NCBI GenBank assembly: GCA_965655095.1
Contig: OZ296648.1
Location: forward strand, 196,602,001-196,666,000
Direction: 5' to 3'
DNA from: Haplodiscus bocki
Lineage: Eukaryota
Length of the DNA: 64,000 nt
Below the pieces are notes generated by a model. That model ran no database searches and had not been told where the DNA came from. It worked only from the letters and a program-made list of their open reading frames with translations. Shown in pieces: positions 36,332 to 48,168 of this stretch. The position numbers and the translations under genes were made by a program. Each line of letters begins with the position of its first letter. Position 1 is the stretch's first letter.

Positions 36332-36503
36332 TTAGAAAGTTTAAATAGTAGAAGAATTTTGACAGTTGGATTGCTAACTGTCAAATTAGTCAACAAAATT
36401 CAGTTGAGGTTGATTTTGTACTTTGAACTCTTTGACTTAGAAAATTTTCGGCTTGGGAGTCAAAAATTGCATTTAACCCCCCCCCCCCCCCCTCCTTACT
36501 ACT
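36332..36503 (-). repeat. Right terminal inverted repeat
   Basis: Reverse complement of the left TIR. C-tract of 16 versus G6 on the left. Ends TCCTTACTACT. Confidence 0.9.
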
Positions 36504-36985
36504 ACCGTTTATTATGTAGCTAGCCAGAAACCAAAGAATACAACACTTTATTGCATTCTTCTTCGACTAGTAACCAATATTTTTATATGTTCTCAATTAA
36601 TTCATAAGCAAGATACCGCATGGTAATCCCAATATAAAAACTTTTATTTTCATTTTTTTCATTAGAGCATGGAAGAAGGTGTTAGGAACCTACACTTCAT
36701 CTATTGAAAAAAGTTATGCTGCAATGAAGTGCAAACTTGTGTCCACGGGATTTTCAGCGCTTTTTATTTAAAAAAAAAACAAATCACAAATTATAACAAG
36801 ATAGTTGATAATGGCGTATTAGAACGTAGAACATTTTTATCGATTCTTCAAACCATGCTCGTACTCAGCAACAGTATGAGCATGGTTTGCCCCCCCCCCC
36901 CCCCCCCCAAAAAAAAAAAGAACTTTCCAGAATTTTTTCACAATTCACTGTTGGAAGTTTCGCAAGCGTTGAAGTTAGTTCTCAC

Positions 36986-37403
36986 TTGATGTGTTGCTGG
37001 AAGTCTGGGGTTTAAATGACAATCACAATTGCAGCAACACCTTCCAGTGGAAGAAGAATCTAGTCTCTGTTTGTTGCGATTGGCTGTTTTGAAACTCCTG
37101 CTTTTTCGGGTTTCCAGATATTGCAGGGATCCTTCGCTGTAGAGCTGTTGTCTAACCAAATTATTCTTGAAGTCCAGATCGGTCGCAGATTTGTCGAGGA
37201 AGTCTGCACCCCCAGAATCGGACAGTCCAGAGTTGACATAGTCCAGCTTTTGAGTTGAACACTGGGGGTTCAAACCCTGGTTGGACAGAGTAGACAGTGC
37301 GAGAAGTTCTTTGTGGAATTCCTCTTGAAGGTTGTTGAGAGATCGAGAAATTCTTCGAAGTCTGTTTTCTTGCATGTTTTCTTTCAAGTTCGTGAATTTG
37401 CTC
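36986..37403 (-). CDS. Host MAP3K exon (C-terminal region)
   Basis: Acceptor tttatttttcag|G (phase 2), donor CAA|GTGAGA (phase 0), open frame. Confidence 0.65.
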
Positions 37404-38535
37404 CTGAAAAATAAATCCAGAAGTTGTTTGTATGGAAAATTCAGGTGAAGTTTGAAGGGGTATGGAAAAATTTGAGTCGAAAGTTTTGTCCCACAGCAAC
37501 GAAAAACCTTTATTTGGTGTTTGTGAGAATGTTTTTGATGTACTTTCAAGCAGTGAAAGAAGAAGAGTCGGTGGATGATACTCAAAAAGAAGATTGCACA
37601 ATTCGTTGTAATCTTCAGGGAAAAAAAAGAAAAAGGTGATTCCAAAAATCGGCTTTTTATATAAAGATGCCAACTAAAAATGGGTATATTTTGATTTGAT
37701 ATACTTTTAGAGATTAAAAATCATCTTTACCTGCCCAGAAATAACGTACTACAGTCCAGCTCTGGGCCCTCCCTCTATCAGAGATCTAGCTGAGAATGTT
37801 ATGGTCCAAAGATGGGCCGCTGTAAGAACTTAGTAACTTATCTCTGGACCTAGAGATGAAAACTTCAACTTGTATCATCAATTTTTTTTTCATTTCAAGT
37901 GTTTAGCAACTTCTGACGAAACTGCTGTTTTTGTTTTATGAGTAAAGAAAAAAGAAGCAGCTTGGCTCAGAAGACTGAAACAAATAATCATAAGGAGGAC
38001 GAAATAAATGAAGAAAAAGCAAATATCATTGACACTTGTTACTATTGCCAGACAAAATGAATCAAAAAGTTTTACTACAAAATGAAAGTGTCATACTTTC
38101 GAACTTTTTAAAATAATTTGGCATCAATATTTCCATAGGGGAGCACTTTGTCTCAATTCCAGCTTCCTACGTTCTAAAATGCATAAAATACTAAACGCTT
38201 ACAAGAGAATGCCATGTGCACGTAATAGGGACCTATACATGTATAACTTACCAATGCGCAGACCTGGGCCCGAGATGACTTTCTGCGGTCCAGTTCCGTC
38301 TCTGGGACGGCAACCCGGACGAGATTTGGTTGATATTTGTCAATGATGAGATTTTCTTGATTGAGTTGAAAATTGAATAAAACTGCAAATATGGCGAACA
38401 AGAAGTTCCAAGGCGAATTAACAATGTTGAAAAACGCTTAATGATAGAGGCCACATTCGAGGAGGATTTCCATGATTTTCTCAAATCAAACTTTTCAAAT
38501 TCGATGATTTAGAGAAGAAATGAAATGGACTTTAC

Positions 38536-38952
38536 CTGTCTAAGCTGGAAGACATGATGGAATTTTGAACGACGTTTCCCTTCCACAAGGCCAGAGCTTT
38601 GTCCTTCTTCAGGTGATGTTCCAGGGTATTCTGACTCTCCATCTCTGAGCTGTTTTTCCTGGAACACGGCAAAGGCGACCAATCAGATAGCTGCTGCTGC
38701 TGCACTCGGGTAGGTGTTGTACCTGCTCTGCCCCCTCCAAACTTGGCGCTGTTGTTCCTCGTTATCCTCTGCTTCGCTGAACCCACCAATGAAGCAGAAG
38801 TTTGTCTCTGGTGATAGTTCTGATTATTATTCCCGTTACCATTGTTATTGATCGTGTTCACGATGTTGTTGCTGTCAATGCCCCCAAATGTTGCTCCAAA
38901 TCCAAGGTCATCGGTCACTGGTGTGCACAAGACTGATGAGGTTGCTGATGAC
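38536..38952 (-). CDS. Host MAP3K exon (Asn/Gln/Ser-rich)
   Basis: Acceptor ccttttttttttag-type tract then G (phase 2), donor AG|GTAAAG (phase 2), open frame. Confidence 0.7.
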
Positions 38953-39145
38953 CTAAAAAAAAAGGGAACGGACTGGGCACTCGGTTACAATGAGGTTGTC
39001 ATGAAACCCAGAAGTCGTTGAAATTTGCACAAAATCTTGCAAGTGGAGGGATGAGTGTTGATATTCATGAATCACGCATCCCTCTTTGCTCAATTACCAT
39101 TACCCAAGGTTGTGTAGCAGTTTTTCATTTTTCAAAGCAATACGA

Positions 39146-42100
39146 TGTTATACCTCTCACTAACTACTCAGCAAAAGGAGATTTTCATCCGTTACTTTAA
39201 AATTAAACCGGCAGATAGGTACGGATAGTGTTTATATAAAATCTCGGTAGTAAGATACAAATGAAACATTAATTTAATGACTCATAAAACTACTGATCAT
39301 TAGCTACGTAGCTTATTGTAATGCTTATGTGAGAGGCCCTTGACAATCATTGCAGTTGGCAGGTTGTTTGTAAACGCATCATATCATTTAGATAGACCAC
39401 TTTCTGCCACCTTCTCTTCATCTTCTTCTCATGCGGCATTCGTGGTGCTTTCTTCTTCCTTCGAGAATTGTATCTCTATTTGAAAAATGCCAGATCATTA
39501 CCAACATCTAATTGCACCGTAATACTTCGGTGGTTTTGTCGTTGTAAGTCTAACTAAAGATCTTCGTTACGAATTTTCGATAATTTCGAGTTGAAAATCC
39601 ATATTGTTTTCTGTGCCGTCACCTGTAAGACTGTCATGCAGTTCACCTTCTTCCGATGTCGGGACAAACAATGGCGGGTCCAAGTTTTACTCCGTCTTGA
39701 GTGTTCTTCTGGCGGGTGTCGCTATTCCCGTCCCGGCAGAGACCCGTGTGCCTAGTTCTTCCTTCTCTTAGCCCATTTAAAACTTTCCATCATCATCCTG
39801 CTTTTGTTTTCTTCTGGGGGACAAATTGAGTCCGTAGCAGCAAAGTGACAGAAACGGTAACGGGGTTGACAGCTGATTGTTATGTAACCAACGGTTTTTC
39901 CAATAAGACAGTGGGTTTTGATTCGGCTACCATTTTTTAAATCTCCGTTTTGATTTCCTAAAAAATTGACTTTCGGATATGATTTTTCTCTCGGAAACAG
40001 TAGTTTACGTCAGTCGGAACCTCTTTCTCAGTAACAAAACCGTCTTTACTGTTTTCTTGGCTATAAGTATATGTTCTGATAAAGTCGCCATTTGATGTCT
40101 CATGACATAACCCGGAACGTTTGTCAGATATTTTGAATGAGAAATATTATTAGAATTTGATGCTAGGGTTCTTTTCGTATTCAGGTATTCGTAAGCATCG
40201 TCCGCGGTTTTCTACCGTAAGGTATTCTGAACGGTTTTCCTTTCCTTGCTCTCCGTATCGCAAATCTCAATCATCATACAGGACAATTTACGCTTTTGTC
40301 AACATTTTTGCCGTAACCCAAATTAGCTAATAGTAAAATTTTCAGTGTTTGCACTGATTTTTCGACCAAGCTTGTTGCTTTAAGCAATTACGGTAGTCCG
40401 GATATTAATATTCCGGTTGCAGTACAAATTTTTCTGAACTCTAGGCTTCCGAAAGCCAAATCTACATCAAATTTAATTGTTTTCGGTACTCCGTAGTTAC
40501 TAAAATGTTGCTTTGAAACTTTTATTAACGTTTTTGCCTGGTATTTGTTCAATTTTTTGCTGACAGCAATTTGTTGAAATGATTTATGACTACCAAAAAT
40601 AGCAGGTTTCCGTTTAAATTCTCATTAATAACGTTTCCGCTGAAATTTAACTGCAATTGTTCGCCCGACTCTTTTGCTGCTCTTCGATTTTTTTCGTTCT
40701 TACGTAATTGAGGTGTTAAATCGTTGCCAGCATTCATATAGGCGGTACAATACGTTATTTTCTCCAGGGTGTCGTGTTGGATGCCCGGCTGGCAGAAAAT
40801 AATTGATGGCGCTATCTTTTTCGTCTCGCAGGGGGACGGAAACACAGAGCGCCCAGGACCCTTCCCGGATACCGGACGGTACGAGTATTCCAACGTCTAT
40901 GAAAACGATTCTGAAACGCGTCTATATTTGGTTGTGGAAACCAAAAAAGTCCCCCAGTATCATGGCCTCAGTTTTGTTTTCAGACCCATCAGTGTTTCAA
41001 TCACCGGCTGTCTCCTTTAATAGGGTATTTAGATCGGTCAGGAAATCGTATTCTGCCTTGCTGAAATTTTTTGCCTCGTCAGGAAAACTTTGGTCCGTGA
41101 ATTCGTAATTCTATTTACCGGGAAAACATTTACCAACTTTGCTTCTTTTAACACCGTTCTCTTCCACTTTCATCAACGGGAAAGCTACGCCAGATTGACT
41201 TGCTAATACTTCTGTCTCTGCTTCTGATGGTACTAACTTTTCCCGGCATGAGTGATTTTCTCATGGTTGTTGTTGTATTCTTTCGCTTGCTTTACTTCTT
41301 TCCAGTCAAATTAGTTTTATTAATCACACGGTGATCTCTACGACTCTTCCTGCTTTGGGAGTCGGATTTCTTTGGTGATCAGAAATGGCTACCGTATTTA
41401 ATTTTTCTCCATCCGATTTTCCCCGGCTATACAACTTTCAAACGCTCCTCCTTTAGCTTCATCGTGATTGGTTACGCATCCCTCCTTTGGATAACCATCA
41501 ATCTTAGGTTTTAGTTGCCCAATGGTATTTGATGTTTCGAACAATTTTTTCAACTCTAAGTCTTAATCAGTAGTTGCGGTGATTTACCTTCGTACGACAA
41601 TTTCCTAGTGCGGCTGATATTGCATTTCTAGACGCGGTTGACTGCTTTTGACGGGAAGAAGTTTCTATTTGAGCCGCTGAGTGGTTTCCCTTCATGTTTG
41701 TAATTGCTTGGTCGTTACAAATATACAATGATATTTTCAGTCCACCTATAAAACGGCATGAGCGCGTTAAGTAAGTCTTCTTTATCGAATTGCAAGTTAA
41801 TATCTGCTTCCATGGCGGATGACAGCTAAGTTATGCTTCAGTTTTATTTCTTCTCAAGCGATGTGTTTTATTATCAAATCAAACTGAAAAATTCGGTCTA
41901 GCAATCTAGTTAGCCGTGAGCAAGTTTTTTTGGCGCGGCTTCTTCATAAAAGCGGCTGCAGTGGTTCACGATCGGTAACTAAATTTACCTGCTCCCCGTG
42001 TAAATAACATCTGTAAAGTTCCAATACCCAGCCTACTCCGACTAAGGAAAAATCTCCGGCAGCATAAGCGTTTTTCCGTGTCATTTAAATAACTGCTTGC

Positions 42101-44680
42101 GAATGCAATCTATTTCAACTTTCCGTCTCTCTACCCTTGTCATCTACGACATTCTACTAATGTGCTTCCAACACCGTGTGGCATGCGTCCATTATTAATA
42201 CAGTTTCTCTGTGGGTTGAATAACCTACCAGACACTGAAATTCCGAAATTTTTTGACTTTCTCAAATCCGTCCTGCCTTTCTTCGTTCCAATCACTTCAG
42301 TAATCTCGGTATTTTATCCCATTGTTTCGATAGGTCTTTATGATTTTTGAAACGCATTGGACCGTTTAGGAAAAATTTGAATTGTTCTTGTGTTTTGAGT
42401 GGTTTGAGCGTTCAAATTGCTTCGATTTGATCCGTTTTTGGTGTTATACAGTGTTCCAACAATCGGTGACCAATCCAAATTCTTCCTTTCTAGTAGAGTT
42501 TTACAGTCTTGCGGCTTCCTCTAAATCCGTCCTCCTCCAACTTTTTGCATTTTTTTGAGTTTGAGTATGTGCTCTTGCTTTGTCTCTCATGTTACTACAA
42601 TGATAACGTCGTGCCACGCGGGGGTATGCAAAATGCGTGCGTTCATTTTTTTGGAAGTACTGTTGGTACTTAGCCAAAACCGTGGAATCGCATTTGAACC
42701 AGTATATCTCATCAATATTCCGCCGGTGAGTCAAAAAACGCAGTGTTTACTAATGTCTCCCACTAATTCTGATCAACCGTACGCATATTCCAGTTCAACA
42801 GTTGAGATATATAGTTCTTTTTCTCCAACCTTTGAGTTTTGCGGTAAGAACATATTCATTAGATCCTCTATTTTTGGCAATTGCTTTTTTCTTTTTAGGC
42901 AAATGTCAAATTTTTTCATAAATCCAATGCGATTTTCAACGTACTTTTTCTTTTCTGTATTTACGGCGGTTGAAATAAACGTTTTTCCGGTAGTTCTCCG
43001 ACCTTCTCCTTATGTCTTTCTTCTTGCGAGCGACTCATTTCGTTCCACAATGACTTTTGTCAGTGTGTCAGTGGTGGTCTCGCTTTTTGATGTGAATGTT
43101 GCTTATCTACTTTCAGATTTATTTATATTTTTACACCGTCAATTGTTTTGTTATACTGGAAGTGTTCACGGTATTTCTTGAACAGCTGAATTTGTATAGT
43201 TTCACTTGATTCGTCCTCCGTTTGCAGTGCTGCAACTTGATTGTTCCGCATCAAAAGATTAAATGCATCAAAACAAATCAAACCGAGTCGTGGTGTGAAC
43301 TATTCTTCAATGCCACCGTATCAAACTTTCACTGTTTGTTGACTTGCTCATTTTGCTTCATTTTTATTTACGTCATGATATTTCTTCGCCAATTCGCTAA
43401 ACGCCATCGATTTTGGTGCTTTTGTTGACGTTCTCGGTAAAATTACTAATGGTGATTCCGTATCATTTGTAAACTCGGTTTCTTTTGCGTTCATTTCAAT
43501 TCCAGATGCCACGTTTTCTCTCATTTTTTGTATTTGCCGTATCGGTAGCGTTGGTTGTTTCGGTACATATTCATTTTCTGTTCTTCTTGATTTTTGGGCT
43601 GATTTGTTTTGGATTCTCGGTCCTGTATACATTTGCGAAGAGTTAATTCTTTCCGCACTTAATGAAAGTTCTTTGTTTTGCGGCACATTTGTGTTAGGGT
43701 GTCCAGTTTTATGTTCCACAGAGAAAACACGGTTTGATTTCGGTATTTTACGTCCGTTCCACTACTCAATTTCTTGTATTTTACTTTGTTGTTCGGGTTG
43801 AAGTTTTTTCTGTGTGTTTTGTCATGTGATTTTTTTCTAATTCTGCCCCACACTATTTTCCTGGTGACCTCCTTATCGATGAGTATCTTATTCCGTAGTT
43901 TTGTGTCGGTTGAAAATTCTTAAATTTTGAAAAAAATTAGTTCTGTGGGTATAATGTTTTCGAAATCGCAATCTTGTCCATACACATAGTTTTTCCAGGG
44001 TTTTTCTGGTGTGTTGCTTGGTTTCTGTTTTGCGCAGGCTTGCTCGCCACGTCTTTGATGAATATTTCTTGTTGGTGTAAAGTGTTCTCGGAAGACTGTA
44101 ACTAAACGTAATAAATTCGTATAGGCACTTTTCTCAACACATTTTGTGCTTGTCATTTCGTATGAAGCCGTAGGTCCCAATTGTCATAAAAAATCTTTTT
44201 CGGTTTTGGATTCCTCAGCTTTGTATTTTTGTTTGGTAATTTGTTTTCCCGTGATCGTCGGTTCAATATTTGTTTCATCTACTCTGTCGGTATATTGTTG
44301 CAACCGTTCTAGCCAAGACTTCGGTTTTAATGTTTTTGTGCCGCCCGGTTGGATCGATTGAAGGTACGGTATCGGTACTTTGTTGTAATTTTCCACCATA
44401 TTCGTGTCAGTTCGACACCGGTTGACTGAGCCATGATGTACTTCTGTTTCAATACTAACTAGACAAGAATTTTTATTCGTTAACTTTAAATTTTCTTTGT
44501 TAGAAGTACAGATAAAGTTTCTATGAAATAACGGTATTGACATACAAATGAAATAATTTTTAATGATTTAGACGAAAGATCATTAGCTGAGTAGTTTATG
44601 GTAATGTTTGTGAGGGTGATCGTTAACGATCATCGGATTTGGCAGGTTGTTGGTAAACGCTTTATATCATTTAGATCGCA
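39146..44680 (-). mobile_element. Old Ty3/gypsy LTR retrotransposon, structurally complete but decayed
   Basis: Diverged ~250-bp direct repeats at 39146-~39396 and 44434-44680. TSD TACGA/TACCA. PBS CA|TGGCTCAGTC next to 44434; purine tract on minus next to 39400. Gag remnant (..PKSWLERLQQY..), RNase H and integrase fragments. Confidence 0.8.
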
Positions 44681-45138
44681 TACCAAAATCCAAGAAAGAA
44701 TTTTCTGGGAATTTCCTGCCTCGAAAAACTTGCTATTTCAAAATATTCGACTTGATGCCAGTAAAAATTTGAAATCTTGACAAAATACATCAAGTTTCGA
44801 ATATGAAATTGGTTGCCAGTCTAGATTGCTGTCTAAGTTTCTTTCTGTTTGAGTATGCGATCTACATTTTACGATAAGTGGAGCTGATCTGACAAAAAAG
44901 CTCTCAGCTAATATTATTTCAGGTAATTGCAACTTCGGCACACCGGAATGAAAGCACCGATTTCAATTGTAGATCGCAAAATTTTGTAGACCACACGCTA
45001 CACTAACATCTAAAATTGGATCCCAATACTAGACTAACACCCAAAATTGGGCCCGCATTCCACTTTTTATAAGCAATCAAAAGTGAGTTTATGGAAAGGA
45101 TACATTGACTGATTGATTGATTTGTGATTTTACCTTAC

Positions 45139-45660
45139 CTGTTATTAAGTGTTGATGAGCTTTCGATGCTCTTTGGTCGGGATGTAAAACTCTTTGATGG
45201 CTTTTGTTCACGTTTGAACATGTTCACTCTCAAGGAGTTGCGACTGGCTCGGGTAGTTCTGGTTGGGGTCAAGTTAAGGCTCATCACAGTGGTCGCCGCT
45301 CCCAGTCGGGGCATTAACCTCCCTTTTGTTTTCTGCTGTGAGGAACAGTACCCATCTTGATCATGATCCTGAGCAATCATATGTGCGCTCAACTCTGACT
45401 GGTTCAAGCCCAAGCCATGGTTATAACTATTATTAACTAATTCGTCTACACTTTTTAATGTTTGGCTTCTTCGGCGATGAAGATCGACAGAGTTTTGAAG
45501 CTGTGATCTTTTGTCGTTACTCGATTCTGATTGGCTAGTCTTGTTAGCCAATCCCCCAACACCTGGGCCTGATTGACGCTGAATAAGTTTGCTCAGCTGG
45601 GCGATTGAAGATTTGGTTGTTTTCTTCAAATGAAGAATGCTTTCAACTTCTTCTTCGCGC
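45139..45660 (-). CDS. Host MAP3K exon after the leucine zipper
   Basis: Acceptor cacacttcag|G continues K-REEEVE; donor AG|GTAAGG; phase 2/2. Confidence 0.75.
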
Positions 45661-45752
45661 CTGAAGTGTGAATAAGTGTGAAATGTTTTTGATTGAATAT
45701 AAATATGGTAAAACTAAGAAAAAGGAAAATTTTGGGAACTAAAGATTCTTAC

Positions 45753-45869
45753 TTTCTCAAAACTTGTTCGCGATGATCCAATTCAACCAGAACTGTTTGC
45801 AGTTCAGTCATAAGGGAATTAGCACGAGACAGTTTTTCTTCGTAACAAGAGCGAACATCTTGAGCTTGC
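45753..45869 (-). CDS. MAP3K13: Host MAP3K exon, leucine-zipper region of the DLK/LZK family
   Basis: QAQDVRSCYEEKLSRANSLMTELQTVLVELDHREQVLRK aligns by eye to the DLK/LZK motif HAxDIRxHYExKLERANxLxxEL....LExRExEL. Canonical splice sites. Symbol indicates family (MAP3K12/13), not strict orthology. Confidence 0.8.
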
Positions 45870-48100
45870 CTGCAGAAAAAAAAAGAATTTAGTTTTTCTG
45901 ATATATTTTCACAGACTTTGTAGTATTCTTCAGATGAATAAAAACAAGTCAACACGTTTCCCTCTAAAGGAGGCCGCTCGTTTTGATTTTCGAAATAATA
46001 ACTTGCTAATAAGAAGTTAAAAACTTTTTGCAATCCTTTGTCAAGAAAAATGAAAATATTTTGGGGAAAATGGAAAATGTCTCATCAGCTTGGGCCATTG
46101 TTTGAAAATAACTAAGCTGTCAATAGTCCAGGCGCGCACATCACTGTGATAACTTTGAGTTAGTAACTTGCTTCACGTGGCCATTTCTTTTCTGTAGACA
46201 TACCATATTGAGCTAAGTTTGATACATGACAGCTTTCTTCATTTTTCTCGAAATATTTTGCCGGCAAACTCATCGACTACAGACATAGGTGGTCAAGTTT
46301 AGCATTTTATGATCAATCATCTTTCCTCAATAATCGGCAAACTTCAAGTCGTCTCTGCTGATATTAAATGCAAAAGCTTATTTAGAAAAAACAAGCAAAA
46401 AACAAAGAATTCCGTTTTTTTGAGCAAAAATCACTCTCAAAGTCATTTTTTCAGAGATTTTTGGGGGGGGTTTCCTGGTTTCTAGTTTGGGACGTTCCAG
46501 TGGAGGTTTCGCGGGTTTTCTGAAGACATTACGTGGGTTTTGCAAAAACCTTCCCACTCGTTCTGCTCAAGTTGAATAGGATGAGTTTTAGCTGAATTCG
46601 TTACGACATAACAAAATCAGCTGCAATTAAGCAGAAAAACCATCGGGTCAAGCCCAGAGTATTTATGTAAAAAGTTATACATTTACGCTAAACATACAAA
46701 ATTAGACCGCAAATCATTAAATTAGCACTGAAATGAAATAGATCTCCATGGTAACAATCCGGAGTCAAGCAGTGGGAAATTCTTGTAAATTTCTGCTCCC
46801 TCAGGACATTTAAAAAACGGAAAACTGCCGGGTAACATCTTTCTCGGGTTGAAATCTACAAAACTTCGATTTCCATCGTTTCAGGAAATACTTTTAGGCT
46901 GAGCCTACGTGCTGCTGAAAGCTGAAGATGCCGTCGCTTCAAACTTTTGCATGCTTTACCCTGACAGTCGGTGAGACACTCTCTGGGGTTAAATAGGGAT
47001 TTTCCAGTGAAACAAAGACATGAATTACTAGCGAAACCTTTGAATTTTTGGTCTAAATTCAAAGACTGCTCTTTTTCTTCTATATCTCGTTCGGGAAAGA
47101 ATGAAGGCATGGTTCTGGCGTTTCCCAGCCTTTACAAACATCCATTGCTTATTCGAATGCCCAATTTGTTGGAAAAAAAACCTAATTTGGAACTTCGAAT
47201 CGTTGGGAAAGTTTGCGGTTCCACTCAATTCAAAAATATTTTTGAACGAAACGTTTCCGCTTAATTGTTTGACCAAATGCTATGGAAGTGAAGCAGAGGA
47301 AGATGCCGATTTTTTCTGACCCTCTCCCCTCTAACCCTACCCTCTCCCTGCCCTTTTGGCTTGACAACAAATATACAAACATAAGATCAAATTTTCAGCC
47401 CAAAATTGACCCAAGTTTGCTATTATGCAAAAAAGACAACTAGTTTTTACATTTATTAGTTTTCATCCTCGAAGATTTCGTTTCTGTACTTTTTCCAGAG
47501 AATTTTGTATCCAAGACAAAAAAGGTGGAAAATTGTTTCAATTTCATATTTTCAGTCGACGCTTTACAATTAAGAAAAAATGCTTGACTATTACAGTGGC
47601 TAGATTTTTAGTTTTTTTATCAATGCGCATGAGACGAAAATGAAGATGCGGTTTCGTGCACTTGAGAAAGAAGAGTGGTCAGAAATATGGCCATATCCTA
47701 TTCAAAACAAGTACAAATGTTACAGAGAGCAAGAATGTTGTATTCTCACAAATCAAAAATAATCAGACCTACGGTCTGAAAGTTTTTCCTTATACCCTTA
47801 AATATGGCAGAAAAATTTTCAAACCAACAACATGCGCAGTTGCAATGCGAAAGTGTCTGTCAAAATCGTGAGTCATCGGATGTACTTTAAAAGATTTCAC
47901 CAATTTTTAAAGAAGTATACAGATGCTAATTCAGACCTTGACGGAAGAATTTAAGTGAGTAGCCTTAGGGAATTGAGCTTGCATAAAAATAACAATGCTA
48001 ATTGCGCTTTTTACTAAGACTTACCAAAAACCTAATGCTAGTCTGAAATCAAAGAAAGTTAATTCCAAAAAGTTGTTAGAGATAAAGAGATAGATAGATT

Positions 48101-48107
<7 letters not shown>

Positions 48108-48165
<58 letters not shown>
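48108..48165. repeat. (GA)n microsatellite preceded by GATA repeats
   Basis: Directly visible. Confidence 0.95.

Positions 48166-48168
<3 letters not shown>

Larger units (their letters stand above)
22618..36503. mobile_element. Polinton/Maverick (adintovirus-like) endogenous dsDNA virus, full length 13,886 bp, pseudogenised
   Basis: AGTAGT...ACTACT termini, TIRs, 6-bp TSD ACCGTA/ACCGTT. Encodes ATPase, DDE integrase, penton, major capsid, adenain protease and protein-primed PolB. Confidence 0.95.

Noticed and set aside
42555-43181. 208-aa hydrophobic plus-strand ORF
   Set aside because: Antisense shadow of the A-rich gag-pol strand of the decayed LTR element.
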